A stretch of 64,000 nucleotides of DNA from a virus. Within the stretch, counting starts at the first letter, position 1. Each line of letters opens with the position of its first letter. Location: positions 1 through 64,000 of IMG/VR virus record IMGVR_UViG_3300028400_000003, one strand, 5' to 3'. This document shows positions 26,461-35,442 of the stretch, piece after piece. The notes below the pieces were generated by a model. The model searched no databases and was not told where the DNA came from. It saw only the letters and a program-made list of their open reading frames with translations. The position numbers were made by a program, and so were the translations under genes.

Positions 26461-26506
26461 TTGACAAGTAGTGTAATACCCTATATACTAAGGACAGGAG
26501 GTAGGC
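26461..26506 (+). promoter_or_regulatory. repeated promoter+RBS cassette
   Basis: TTGACA-17-TATACTAAGGACAGGAGGTAGGC. Confidence 0.9.
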
Positions 26507-26507
26507 A

Positions 26508-26888
26508 ATGGCGAAGATCGCACATATACTGACTGATGACCAAGAGATCAGCATCTTCACCACTGGGGGCAACGTGGACGTAAAAGGGGTTTCTTCGTTC
26601 GCGGAAGGCGTTCAGCGGTCTAAGGAGCTTGCTGAGGAGTACCGTGAAGCCGGGTATGAGGTGACCGTGTACGTCAAGTTTGACTTGGGCGAGGACGGCG
26701 CTATGTACGCTAGCAGCTTCGAGTTTGGCCCTGAAGGCGCGGAGATCGCCGGTGTCTATGAAAGCCCCGAGGGTGAAATTCCGGGCAAAATTCACGTGTA
26801 CACGGTTCACGGCGGCGATGGTCTGCGCATTCCGGCCACGGTCGAGGACCTGAACAACGACTGGAACGAATGGGGGTTTAAAGAATGA
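26508..26888 (+). CDS. acidic early protein
   Basis: D/E-rich; first gene after the cassette. Confidence 0.6.
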   Translation: MAKIAHILTDDQEISIFTTGGNVDVKGVSSFAEGVQRSKELAEEYREAGYEVTVYVKFDLGEDGAMYASSFEFGPEGAEIAGVYESPEGEIPGKIHVYTVHGGDGLRIPATVEDLNNDWNEWGFKE

Positions 26889-27817
26889 ACGCACGTGACA
26901 TTGCCCGCTACTGGAATTGGTCTTCAACGGACCCAGAGGCCCGCGCTCAGGAAGCACTCGACTACATGCGTGGTAACCTGCGGCGCTTCCTTGAGCACGT
27001 CAATAAGCTGGCGGGTATGGATGGCGTGGACCCCAGCTTTGACCCTGCCGAAGAGTACGGACGCTTCGTGGCCAAACACAAGGAGCTTCACCGCGCCTAC
27101 TGGGAGGCCATCGGCCGCACGGCCAACCCGATGATCACGGGCCGCGCTAAGTTTCCGGTCGAGCGCAACCGACGGGCCAACGAGATCGCCGTTAAACGCT
27201 TCGAGGCCATCGAGGACCACCTGGAGAAGGCGATGAAAGCCGCTGAGCGCAAGGCGTTCCCTTACGGCATGAAGGGCGACCCGGTGAAAAACGAAGACCC
27301 GGAGGCCGTTAGCAAGCTCGAAGAGAGGCTTGAGCGGCTTAAGGGGTTGCAGGCCAAGATGAAGGAGGCTAACCGGCTGTTCCGGAGTGGTGATGACCAG
27401 GCCCTTATCGAAATGGGCTTCAGCCCCGAACAGGTCGAGGAGTGGCGGACGAGCACGGATATCTTCAAGGCCGGCCCTCCCTTCAAGAGCTTCGACCTGG
27501 CCAGCGTTCGCGGCAAGATCAAGCGGGTAGAGGAGCGCCTGGTCGTGCTCAAGCGTCGGGCCGAACGCCTTGAGCGCGAGGGCGGGAACCCAACTTACGT
27601 TGTTGTGCCCGGCATGCGCATCGTTGAAAACCTGGAGCTAGATCGTCTACAGTTGTTCTTCGACGGCAAGCCCAAGGACGAGGTTCGCGCGTTGCTCAAG
27701 CGCAATGGCTTCAAGTGGGCTCCCTCGAAGGGGGCCTGGCAGCGCAAGCTCACGGACAACGCTAAACGCGCTGTGCGTTACATCGTTGACGAAATCCTCA
27801 AGGGGGGTGGGCTATGA
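26885..27817 (+). CDS. polyvalent-protein-associated (DUF3560/LPD-like) protein
   Basis: MITGRAKFP..RN, RLQLFFDGKP...R..LKRNGFKWAPS.GAWQRKLT. Confidence 0.65.
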   Translation: MNARDIARYWNWSSTDPEARAQEALDYMRGNLRRFLEHVNKLAGMDGVDPSFDPAEEYGRFVAKHKELHRAYWEAIGRTANPMITGRAKFPVERNRRANEIAVKRFEAIEDHLEKAMKAAERKAFPYGMKGDPVKNEDPEAVSKLEERLERLKGLQAKMKEANRLFRSGDDQALIEMGFSPEQVEEWRTSTDIFKAGPPFKSFDLASVRGKIKRVEERLVVLKRRAERLEREGGNPTYVVVPGMRIVENLELDRLQLFFDGKPKDEVRALLKRNGFKWAPSKGAWQRKLTDNAKRAVRYIVDEILKGGGL

Positions 27818-28260
27818 TTGCCCACCCTCCGAAGGCTTACTATGTAGGCGTTCGCCAGCCTATGCGCGATCTATTCCAGCCCGTAAAAAACGCCATGCCC
27901 TATAGCGGGCTTCCGAAAAAACCGGAGGGCGGGTTGTGGATGAGCCCGTGGTCTTCATACGCGCCTGCGTGGGTTGAGTTTCTGCTAGACAGCGGACTCA
28001 GGTTTAAGGATTGGGATCGGTTGGGCGTGTGGGAGGTTGACGTGAGCGGGCTCAAGACGGCGCGTGTGGCCCCAACCGACCCGTACCCCGACTTCGAGGA
28101 GCTGGCCCGTGAATACGACCTGTTCTTTTTAATGGCCAGGGACGTTTGCGGCTGGACCTACACCTGGGACATACCAACCTTCGTGTTGCTCAGGTGGGTT
28201 GACGGACTCGAGTTCCGCAAGATCGCGGACAGCGTGAAGCAGTTTAAGGACAGGAGGTAG
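27814..28260 (+). CDS. hypothetical protein
   Basis: KP.GGLW.SP...W..F, DFE.LA..YD, WD..T. Confidence 0.55.
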   Translation: MIAHPPKAYYVGVRQPMRDLFQPVKNAMPYSGLPKKPEGGLWMSPWSSYAPAWVEFLLDSGLRFKDWDRLGVWEVDVSGLKTARVAPTDPYPDFEELAREYDLFFLMARDVCGWTYTWDIPTFVLLRWVDGLEFRKIADSVKQFKDRR

Positions 28261-28263
28261 GCA

Positions 28264-29190
28264 ATGAACCGAACGGCTATCAAAGGAGCAGGCAGGGTGA
28301 GCGTGCACCAGGGGTTCCTCAAGGCCCTGATCGGCGATCTTGAGGTTGACTGGCTTCTTCCGGAGGTCAGCGGTGAGGGGCACCTGGTCAGCCTGAACGA
28401 CTGGAAAAAGATCAACGCTACTGTAGCCTTCAAAAAGGGTGAGGTCTTTACCGCTGGAAGTACCCTCAACTTCAAGCACGGGAAAGTCACCGTCAAAGCA
28501 GAGGTCTTTGAAGACGCGGTGGATGGCGAGCCCTTGCCGCGTGACTCCAGTGAGGCCATGCCGTGGGAACCCGGCATCATGGAGGTAAGGGTTGCGTCGT
28601 CAAATCAGGACTATCGGGCCGTCTTCAGGGGCGTGCAGTTTGAGCCCAACCGCATCGTTGCCGCGGATGGGTTCAGGCTACATGCTATGGACGTCAAGAC
28701 GCCCGCGCGGTCCGCTATCATCATCGAGGGTAGGTTGCTCGACGCCCTTAACCGCCTCCGGCCTACCCGTTACTGGTTCGGGGAACACGGCATGTATGCT
28801 GCGGGTGAGGACTGGGTGGCCTTTGCGCCTAGCATGGGTGACGTGTACCCGGACTACATGCGCGTCGTGCCTTCCGAGTTTATCGAGCCGGAGGTGAGGC
28901 TGATAGCCGATGATTGGCTCGAGTCCCTGAAGACGGCCGCGCAAACCGTGGACAGCGAAAATGGGTATGTCTTCATCGGCGAGGATGGCTCGATCTTTCA
29001 CGACCGGATCGAGGTCGAGGGGGTCTTTAGCCGGATGCCGGTGAAGCAGGCCTACAATGCCAAGTACCTGATGGAGGCGTTGATCTTCACCGGAGGCCGG
29101 GAGGCCACGCTTATGACCAGCGGTCCTACGGGGTACACCCTGGTCCGGGGCGGTGACCGTTGGGCCGTACTCAGGCCCTATGCCTTTTGA
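28264..29190 (+). CDS. DNA polymerase III beta-clamp-like protein
   Basis: R.VFRGV.F....VAADGFRL, YPDY.RVVP, YNAKYL.EAL, L.P. Confidence 0.75.
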   Translation: MNRTAIKGAGRVSVHQGFLKALIGDLEVDWLLPEVSGEGHLVSLNDWKKINATVAFKKGEVFTAGSTLNFKHGKVTVKAEVFEDAVDGEPLPRDSSEAMPWEPGIMEVRVASSNQDYRAVFRGVQFEPNRIVAADGFRLHAMDVKTPARSAIIIEGRLLDALNRLRPTRYWFGEHGMYAAGEDWVAFAPSMGDVYPDYMRVVPSEFIEPEVRLIADDWLESLKTAAQTVDSENGYVFIGEDGSIFHDRIEVEGVFSRMPVKQAYNAKYLMEALIFTGGREATLMTSGPTGYTLVRGGDRWAVLRPYAF

Positions 29191-29219
29191 AGTCTTGACT
29201 GAGTACAACGCCACCCTAC

Positions 29220-29265
29220 TTGACAAGTATGGTGGCGCAATATATACTAAGGACAGGAGGTAGGC
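29220..29265 (+). promoter_or_regulatory. repeated promoter+RBS cassette
   Basis: TTGACA-17-TATACTAAGGACAGGAGGTAGGC. Confidence 0.9.
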
Positions 29266-29266
29266 G

Positions 29267-29614
29267 ATGAAGCGCACGCTGGTCTTCAAGTACACGGAGA
29301 AGGGGGTCACGGCCACGGGCTACACCTACCCGTACCGCGAGGCCCTGAAGCGCAACGGCTTCAAGTGGGACCCTGAGCGGAAGGCGTGGGTTCGCGATGA
29401 GTACCTTCGCCCTACCGCTGAGTTTTACGACGCGCTGGTTTACGCGCATCGTAAGGCGGGACTGGCCCGCAAGATGACCCGCGTCGAGGTCTACAGCAAC
29501 GCGCGTCTCAACCCTGATGAGCCCGCTATCGGCTGGGTCCACGGCTACGGCTACTCGCGCCCGCTCACGGAGAAGGCACATAAGCGTATTTACGGCGCTT
29601 ACAAGCGCCAGTAA
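29267..29614 (+). CDS. early protein with T..Y...LK..GFKWD...KAW motif
   Basis: Shares LKRNGFKW with the 26885 ORF. Confidence 0.6.
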   Translation: MKRTLVFKYTEKGVTATGYTYPYREALKRNGFKWDPERKAWVRDEYLRPTAEFYDALVYAHRKAGLARKMTRVEVYSNARLNPDEPAIGWVHGYGYSRPLTEKAHKRIYGAYKRQ

Positions 29615-29624
29615 GGAGGGTGTC

Positions 29625-29867
29625 ATGAGGAAGCGGCTCACTAAGCTGGTCAAGATGTTGGGAGGTATCGGCGGGGCGCGTGCGGCGTTCAGGGGTTGGG
29701 ACGAAGATAAGGAGACCGGCGTTTTGCAGCACGAAATCGAGGGCATCCCTGGTGACCTGATCGAAAAGGTAACGCTGAGGGCTGGGGATAAGCCTTGGGC
29801 CGTCATCGTGGTTGTCATCACGCTGAAGAACGGCAAGGAGATCGTTCGCACCATCGCGGAGGTCTAG
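29625..29867 (+). CDS. hypothetical protein
   Basis: AAGGAGG RBS. Confidence 0.55.
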   Translation: MRKRLTKLVKMLGGIGGARAAFRGWDEDKETGVLQHEIEGIPGDLIEKVTLRAGDKPWAVIVVVITLKNGKEIVRTIAEV

Positions 29868-30533
29868 GTGGTGTTCCTGAGCCCGGATCAGCTTATACGG
29901 GTTTGCAAGTGGCATGACGCCGCTATCAACCTGTTCCACGACTTTGGGAGCCGGTATGAGTCCTACAGCATAAGTATGACCCGTAGGCAGTCGGATCTCC
30001 AGGTATATATCAACGATATTGGCATAGAGTTGTACCATCTTGCATATACTAGAAGCACTTCACCGGTATGGCTAGTCAAGCCGCCACGCGTGGATGGATA
30101 TGACAACGAGGAGTACATAATTAGGCAAATCTACCTTGGCCGCTTTCACGGAATGATGCCAACGTCACAGAAATGCGGGTTTGAGACTAGATACGACACC
30201 AGATACTTGCTTGACCAGGTATACGAAGAGGGCGTGGATCGGTTCATCATGGAGGCAACACGGGCCTATCTGGACTATGCCAGGCATATCAAGCACCTAT
30301 GGTTTATGGACCCAGCCCTACCCGCCCTCAAGGGCTTTGCTGAGATGATGCGGCTGGCGGGTGTGACGGATATCATACCCGAAGATACCTTTTCCCTGGG
30401 CGACTTCGTGCGGGCGGTGGCGAAGGCGCAGGGGATAAAAATGAACCAGAGGATGCAAGTCACCTTCAATGGAATGACGCCCTCCAGGGCCATAGAGCGG
30501 CTAAGGGAGCTTGGGATCGAGGTGGTGGTGTGA
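29868..30533 (+). CDS. paralog family member 1
   Basis: AYLDYA..IKHLW..DPALP.L. Confidence 0.7.
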   Translation: MVFLSPDQLIRVCKWHDAAINLFHDFGSRYESYSISMTRRQSDLQVYINDIGIELYHLAYTRSTSPVWLVKPPRVDGYDNEEYIIRQIYLGRFHGMMPTSQKCGFETRYDTRYLLDQVYEEGVDRFIMEATRAYLDYARHIKHLWFMDPALPALKGFAEMMRLAGVTDIIPEDTFSLGDFVRAVAKAQGIKMNQRMQVTFNGMTPSRAIERLRELGIEVVV

Positions 30534-31180
30534 CCAGTATGCCGACTAGGGGGTTATGTAACCGCATTAAGGAGGCAAACACACTCTATGACCGGTATGG
30601 AAGCCCGTGGATTAACTACAGCCTGGTTATAAACCACTACAAAGTGCCCATCTCCGTAAGGGTTAGCGTCCTTGGTGTTGAGATTCTTGAGCGGCGGACC
30701 ATAGTAGGAAAGCTGGAGTTTCGCCATACGATCAACCTGCATGCCGAACACCGGCTGGATTTGCTAATCGGCGTGGTAGAGGATGACGACGGTGGGGCAT
30801 GCAGGCTAAGACCAACCAGGCTCCGCCCTCTAAACGCAACGGCGGATGAAATCTGGATGTGGCTTAAGGTCGAGCTTAGCGTTAAGGATATGATCTACGC
30901 GGCGGTGGAAGAATACTATGCCTATGCCGATCATCTCCGCCACCTGTGGGTTAATGACCCCGCCCTCCCGGCCTTGCAGCGCTATGCGGTGATGATGCAG
31001 ATAGCGGGGATCAGTTGGTTTCCAAAAGACAAAAACACGCTGAGCGGGTTTATGATTGACCTTGGAAGACTCCACAACCACAAGCCGTGGGAAAAAGAAA
31101 CGATGGCCGCCTTCATGGACCTTACACCATCGGAGGCCGTGGAAAAAATCAAAGAGCTAGGGGTGGAGATCATTCCATGA
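30530..31180 (+). CDS. paralog family member 2
   Basis: YYAYADHLRHLW.NDPALP.L. Confidence 0.7.
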   Translation: MTSMPTRGLCNRIKEANTLYDRYGSPWINYSLVINHYKVPISVRVSVLGVEILERRTIVGKLEFRHTINLHAEHRLDLLIGVVEDDDGGACRLRPTRLRPLNATADEIWMWLKVELSVKDMIYAAVEEYYAYADHLRHLWVNDPALPALQRYAVMMQIAGISWFPKDKNTLSGFMIDLGRLHNHKPWEKETMAAFMDLTPSEAVEKIKELGVEIIP

Positions 31181-31845
31181 CGCGCTTACAGCAGCTTTGC
31201 AGCAAAATGAAGCGGGCTCACGACCTGATCGAGCGCTACGGAAACTTTTACGATGACCACACGGTGGCCCTATCGCACTATCGGCCTTCGTTCAGGGTTG
31301 CGGCAACTGAAAACGGCTTGCAGGTGTACCTACTGTACCCGCTTAAGTGGCCTTGGTTTGAGCCCTATGCTCCACGATACTTTAGTCTGGTTTACCCTAT
31401 GGCCAGGCACCGTGACGGGCGTTACTTCCTGGGGGCTATCAAGGATGATGGAGACGGTTGCCGATACTGGCCGGTAAAAGAGGTGGAGCGTAAGAGGTTC
31501 AGGGAGCTTGTACGGGAAAACCCTAAGTTGGCCGATCTTATGGCGCTCACCGCCAGGGCCTATCTTGATTATGCCGAACGCCTTAAGCGTGAATGGGAGG
31601 CTAACCCGCTGCTGCCTCGATTGCAGGGGTATGCCAGGATGCTCAAGCTTGAAGGTGTGGTGCATACGGTTCCGGAAGATAGGCCTACGCTCGACGCTTT
31701 CATAAATGAGCTAGTCGAGAGCAGCGACGTTTTACAGGCTATGGGTTACGGAGGCTACCGCATGCACGATGTTTCCCCTAAGATGGCCGCTGGGCTTCTT
31801 AAGCGTATCGGCGTTGACCTGGACCCAGCTATCCTTGACAAATAG
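31177..31845 (+). CDS. paralog family member 3
   Basis: AYLDYAERLKREW.ANPLLP.L. Confidence 0.7.
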   Translation: MTRLQQLCSKMKRAHDLIERYGNFYDDHTVALSHYRPSFRVAATENGLQVYLLYPLKWPWFEPYAPRYFSLVYPMARHRDGRYFLGAIKDDGDGCRYWPVKEVERKRFRELVRENPKLADLMALTARAYLDYAERLKREWEANPLLPRLQGYARMLKLEGVVHTVPEDRPTLDAFINELVESSDVLQAMGYGGYRMHDVSPKMAAGLLKRIGVDLDPAILDK

Positions 31846-31863
31846 AGCAGGGCAATATATAAT
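31835..31863 (+). promoter_or_regulatory. sigmaA promoter
   Basis: TTGACA-17-TATAAT. Confidence 0.85.
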
Positions 31864-31891
31864 AGGCGAGAGGGGAAGAAAGGCGGTGAGT

Positions 31892-32104
31892 ATGGGAAAG
31901 CCGAAACTAGAGCTTACGGGTGAAAACGGCAATGCCTTCGCCATTCTTGGCCGTGCTCGGGCCGCGCTCAAAAAGCACCTGCGTGAGCAAGGCAAGACGC
32001 CTTTGCAGGTCAAGGATGAGGTCGAGCGCTTCACGCGCGAGGCCACTAGCGGGGATTACGATCACCTGTTGATCGTGGTCAATCAGTGGTTTGAGGTCGA
32101 GTAG
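31892..32104 (+). CDS. conserved small phage protein
   Basis: LTGENGNAFAILG...ATSGDYDHLL. Confidence 0.7.
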   Translation: MGKPKLELTGENGNAFAILGRARAALKKHLREQGKTPLQVKDEVERFTREATSGDYDHLLIVVNQWFEVE

Positions 32105-32109
32105 GTATG

Positions 32110-32141
32110 AAGCGCCCCTAGCCCCCTCTAGGGGCGCTTTT
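32110..32141. terminator. terminator between convergent genes
   Basis: AAGCGCCCCTAG-loop-CTAGGGGCGCTTTT. Confidence 0.75.
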
Positions 32142-32708
32142 GCTTAGGAGGTGGAAAGTGCGGGAGCGGCGGTCTTTGGCCCTACGGCGGTCTATCGCGC
32201 TCGGACCCACTCGATGATCGGCCGGGTTGGGCAAGCAAATCCAAAGGCGCTCCTTACGCGACTTCAGAAAATCGGAGACCATAATGTCTACGCCGGTCGG
32301 GTCTTTATCAAACCCCGGCCATACTGGGAAATAGGATAGCAGCTGCTTTGAATAGCCCTGCGGGAGGTAAAAGCAAAGGGCACCCCAAAGCTCGCGAGTC
32401 CACCGCCCGCCAGCGGTGAGGTGTTTGGGGTTGAGGTCTTCCTTGCGTCTGGAAAAGAAGTTGATCACGGTTTGAGGGCGTTGCTCGATGCAGGCCGAGG
32501 CGATCCGGTCGAAGCCTGGGGCAAGGATAACGTCGTCTTCGAGGTGCAAGGCCGGGCCGTCGCCTGCTGCGGCCAGCGCGGCGATGAACGTATCCATAGC
32601 GTTGCGCGTCTTGTCCCAAACAACCTTGGCCTCCGGGATTCGGGCCGTAAGTTCTGACACCATTTCGCGCCGTTCGTCTATGGCCCTGATGATGGTCGGG
32701 ATGTTCAT
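32118..32708 (-). CDS. glycosyltransferase (GT-A, GT25-like)
   Basis: LHLEDDV.L DxD motif, GALC..LP, DH...S; leaderless, 6 nt after TATCAT. Confidence 0.65.
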   Translation of the reverse strand: MNIPTIIRAIDERREMVSELTARIPEAKVVWDKTRNAMDTFIAALAAAGDGPALHLEDDVILAPGFDRIASACIEQRPQTVINFFSRRKEDLNPKHLTAGGRWTRELWGALCFYLPQGYSKQLLSYFPVWPGFDKDPTGVDIMVSDFLKSRKERLWICLPNPADHRVGPSAIDRRRAKDRRSRTFHLLSKSAPRGG

Positions 32709-32759
32709 GGGACCATGATAGCACCGGCCCTATATGGCGTAGTCGTATATAATGGGCGC

Positions 32760-33359
32760 ATGGGCCAGGAACAGGTGGTGTACAGAACGGCGCTGCGGAA
32801 GAGGGGGCCGCTGAGCCGTCAGGCACCGGGCTCAAGTGTTGAGATCGTTCAGCGGGTCGAGTTTGACCGTGGCGTTGTTTTTAAGCACGATCTAAGCCAC
32901 GGGCTGCCGCGTGAGTACCGCGAGGTCGAGGCCGTTTACTGTGAGGTTCCCTTCAGGGGAGGCTATGAAGGCGATCAAGCCTATACGGATTTTATCAGCG
33001 TAGTGGCCTCAATTTACGATACATTAGGGGTGCCAACCATCGTTGCTGGACCGCGTGCCATCGAAAAAGCGGGTGAGCCGCACCGCAAGCTAGATGAGTA
33101 TCAAGTGGTATCATCCGTGATACCGCTTTACGCTTGGGGTTGGGATGGGCCGCTGCCTGACCGCTGGGACAAAATGCTGATCATGCTATCAGGTCACTTC
33201 GAGTCCATAGGGGACCCCGTGTGCGGCTTCGGCAATACCGGGTTGGTGTTCGCGTTGCGCGGGAAGGGGTTCGTTATGTCGGACGTGAATGCGGTAGCCG
33301 TATCTGTAACGGCCAAGCGCATCGAGGAAGCTTTAAGGAGGCAGAATGACGCTAGATGA
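32760..33359 (+). CDS. DNA methyltransferase-like protein (atypical motif IV)
   Basis: VYCEVPF in place of DPPY, then DPVCGFGNTG and SDVN; leaderless after TATAAT. Confidence 0.55.
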   Translation: MGQEQVVYRTALRKRGPLSRQAPGSSVEIVQRVEFDRGVVFKHDLSHGLPREYREVEAVYCEVPFRGGYEGDQAYTDFISVVASIYDTLGVPTIVAGPRAIEKAGEPHRKLDEYQVVSSVIPLYAWGWDGPLPDRWDKMLIMLSGHFESIGDPVCGFGNTGLVFALRGKGFVMSDVNAVAVSVTAKRIEEALRRQNDAR

Positions 33360-33618
33360 GTTTCGCGAGTTTGTCAAAGCGGGCCGGTGGCACTTCGCCA
33401 AAACGATGCCTAAGCATCCCCACTTCTACGTGCGAAAGCGCGAGTCTGACCCTAAGCGGTTCATGGAAGCCGCGAGGTTCGTGTGGGAAAACGGGACGCC
33501 GCGCAAGTGGTTCAACCGCGTTTATCGTTACCTTGAGGTGGATGGGTATGAATACTGGTTGGCCGCGCCGTTTCAGAAGGATACCGTGATTATCAACCGA
33601 AGGCCACTCGATGAGTAA
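33346..33618 (+). CDS. conserved hypothetical protein
   Basis: WHFAKTMP..PH.Y...Y.YL.VDGY.YW. Confidence 0.65.
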   Translation: MTLDEFREFVKAGRWHFAKTMPKHPHFYVRKRESDPKRFMEAARFVWENGTPRKWFNRVYRYLEVDGYEYWLAAPFQKDTVIINRRPLDE

Positions 33619-34762
33619 ACCACGCCTCCCTGACAGCCGCATTACCCTGCCGCTCACCGTTTACGAGGCGGCTCAGCGCCGGATTGCGTATGTGTTTGAC
33701 GAGTTTGACCACGTGGTTGTGGAGATGAGCGGCGGTAAGGATAGCACGGTGGTCTTCAACCTTGCGCTCCAAGAGGCGCAAAGGCGCGGGAGGCTACCGC
33801 TTACCGTAAGATGGCTTGACCAGGAGTTCGAGTGGCAGGCCACCGTGGACTACATGACGGCCATTTTCGAGCGTGATGATGTAAGGCCCGAATGGTTCCA
33901 GGTCGAAATGATTATGAGCAATGCGTCTTCTTCCTCAGAAGACCAGATCGTGGTTTGGGAAGAGGGCATGGAGGACAGGTGGATTCACCCGAGGCACCCG
34001 CTTTCGATCAAGGACAAGAGCCTGTTCCCAAAGCTCGACCGGTTCCACGCCTTCCTGAAAAAGGTAGACCGCTTCTTAAATCCTAACAACCCGGTGGCCG
34101 TCTTCACTGGAATGCGGGCGGAAGAAAGCGCTGGCCGTAAAGCAGGGCTGACCACTCCCAGTTACAAGGGATGGGTTAGTTGGGCTAGCGCCCTTGACAA
34201 GCGGCGCAACCACTACGCTTTTCACCCGATATACGACTGGTCCGTGACGGATGTTTGGGGGGCCATTGCAAAGAACGGGTGGCCGTACAACCGTGTCTAT
34301 GATTACCTGTTCGCCACCGGGAGGCCGCTCAGTCGTATGCGTGTCAGCAACCTAATCCACGAGAACGCCATTATTGACGCCCCCGTGTTACAGGAGTTCG
34401 AGCCTCGCACCTATGAGCGCATCGTGGCCCGCACCGGCGGTATTGACGCCATCGGCAAGGTTGGAAACGACTTCTTTAAGGTCGAGTTGCCGCCGATGTT
34501 TGGAAGCTGGGAAGAGTACACGGAATGGTTAGCGCCGAAGCTGATCACTGACCCGAAAAAGCTTGCCCGGTGGAAGAAGGAGGTAAGGACGTTCAGGGAG
34601 AAGCTTAGCGGCGCAATACCTGACGAGGCCATTAACAAATTCATCGTCAAGTCGTTGATACGCAACGACTGGGAAGGTGCCTGGTTGAAGATCAAGATGT
34701 CGCAGTGGTATTACAAGGCCCGGCAACGGGACCGTGGCGAGCTAGAGGGGGTCAATCAGTGA
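33611..34762 (+). CDS. PAPS reductase-family (IbrA/DUF3440-like) protein
   Basis: PP-loop SGGKDS, LDQE.E, GMRAEES..R, PIYDW...DVW, N..YD, MRVS. Confidence 0.88.
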   Translation: MSKPRLPDSRITLPLTVYEAAQRRIAYVFDEFDHVVVEMSGGKDSTVVFNLALQEAQRRGRLPLTVRWLDQEFEWQATVDYMTAIFERDDVRPEWFQVEMIMSNASSSSEDQIVVWEEGMEDRWIHPRHPLSIKDKSLFPKLDRFHAFLKKVDRFLNPNNPVAVFTGMRAEESAGRKAGLTTPSYKGWVSWASALDKRRNHYAFHPIYDWSVTDVWGAIAKNGWPYNRVYDYLFATGRPLSRMRVSNLIHENAIIDAPVLQEFEPRTYERIVARTGGIDAIGKVGNDFFKVELPPMFGSWEEYTEWLAPKLITDPKKLARWKKEVRTFREKLSGAIPDEAINKFIVKSLIRNDWEGAWLKIKMSQWYYKARQRDRGELEGVNQ

Positions 34763-35442
34763 GCAGCAAGGCGGCGATGGAAAAGGCTATAACGCAGTAT
34801 GTGCAAGATGACCCTGACCGGCTGCAAGAGGTTCGTGACCTGCTTGCCAGGCTAAGCCCGTTCAAGGTCATGCCCGTGGACGCGGTGCGGTGGGTTCCGA
34901 TTGGCAAGCTGGTTGCTAACGACTACAACCCCAACGCGGTGCCTCGCAGGGAGATGGCGCTGCTCTACCGCTCGATCAAGGAAGACGGTATCACGCAGCC
35001 GATTGTCACGTTTTACGACTCCGATAAGGACCGCTACATCATCGTGGATGGCTTTCACCGTTATACGGTCATGCGGATGCATCCTGATTTGCTCAAGCAT
35101 ACGCAGGGTAGGGTTCCTGTTGTGGTCATTCAGAAGCCGCTCGTTGAGCGCATGGCCTCGACGGTTAGGCACAACCGGGCGCGGGGGAAGCATAGCGTGG
35201 CCGGTATGGCCAACCTGGTTTTCAAGATGCTAAGCGAGGGCGTAACCGATGCCGAGGTCTGCGAAAAGCTTGGACTCACCAGTGAGGAGCTTGTTAGGAT
35301 CAAGTACGTTACCGGTTTTGCCAAGCTATACGAGGATGTGGAATATACCAACGCTTGGGAGCTTGATAGAATGACGAAGGCGCGTACCGCCGCTGAAAAG
35401 AAAGGGGAACAGAAGATTTATGGGAAAAAGAGCCGTAGCTGA
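34759..35442 (+). CDS. IbrB-like ParB/Srx domain protein
   Basis: ANDYNPN, DG.TQPIV, IVDGFHRY, STVRHNRARGKH. Confidence 0.88.
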   Translation: MSSKAAMEKAITQYVQDDPDRLQEVRDLLARLSPFKVMPVDAVRWVPIGKLVANDYNPNAVPRREMALLYRSIKEDGITQPIVTFYDSDKDRYIIVDGFHRYTVMRMHPDLLKHTQGRVPVVVIQKPLVERMASTVRHNRARGKHSVAGMANLVFKMLSEGVTDAEVCEKLGLTSEELVRIKYVTGFAKLYEDVEYTNAWELDRMTKARTAAEKKGEQKIYGKKSRS

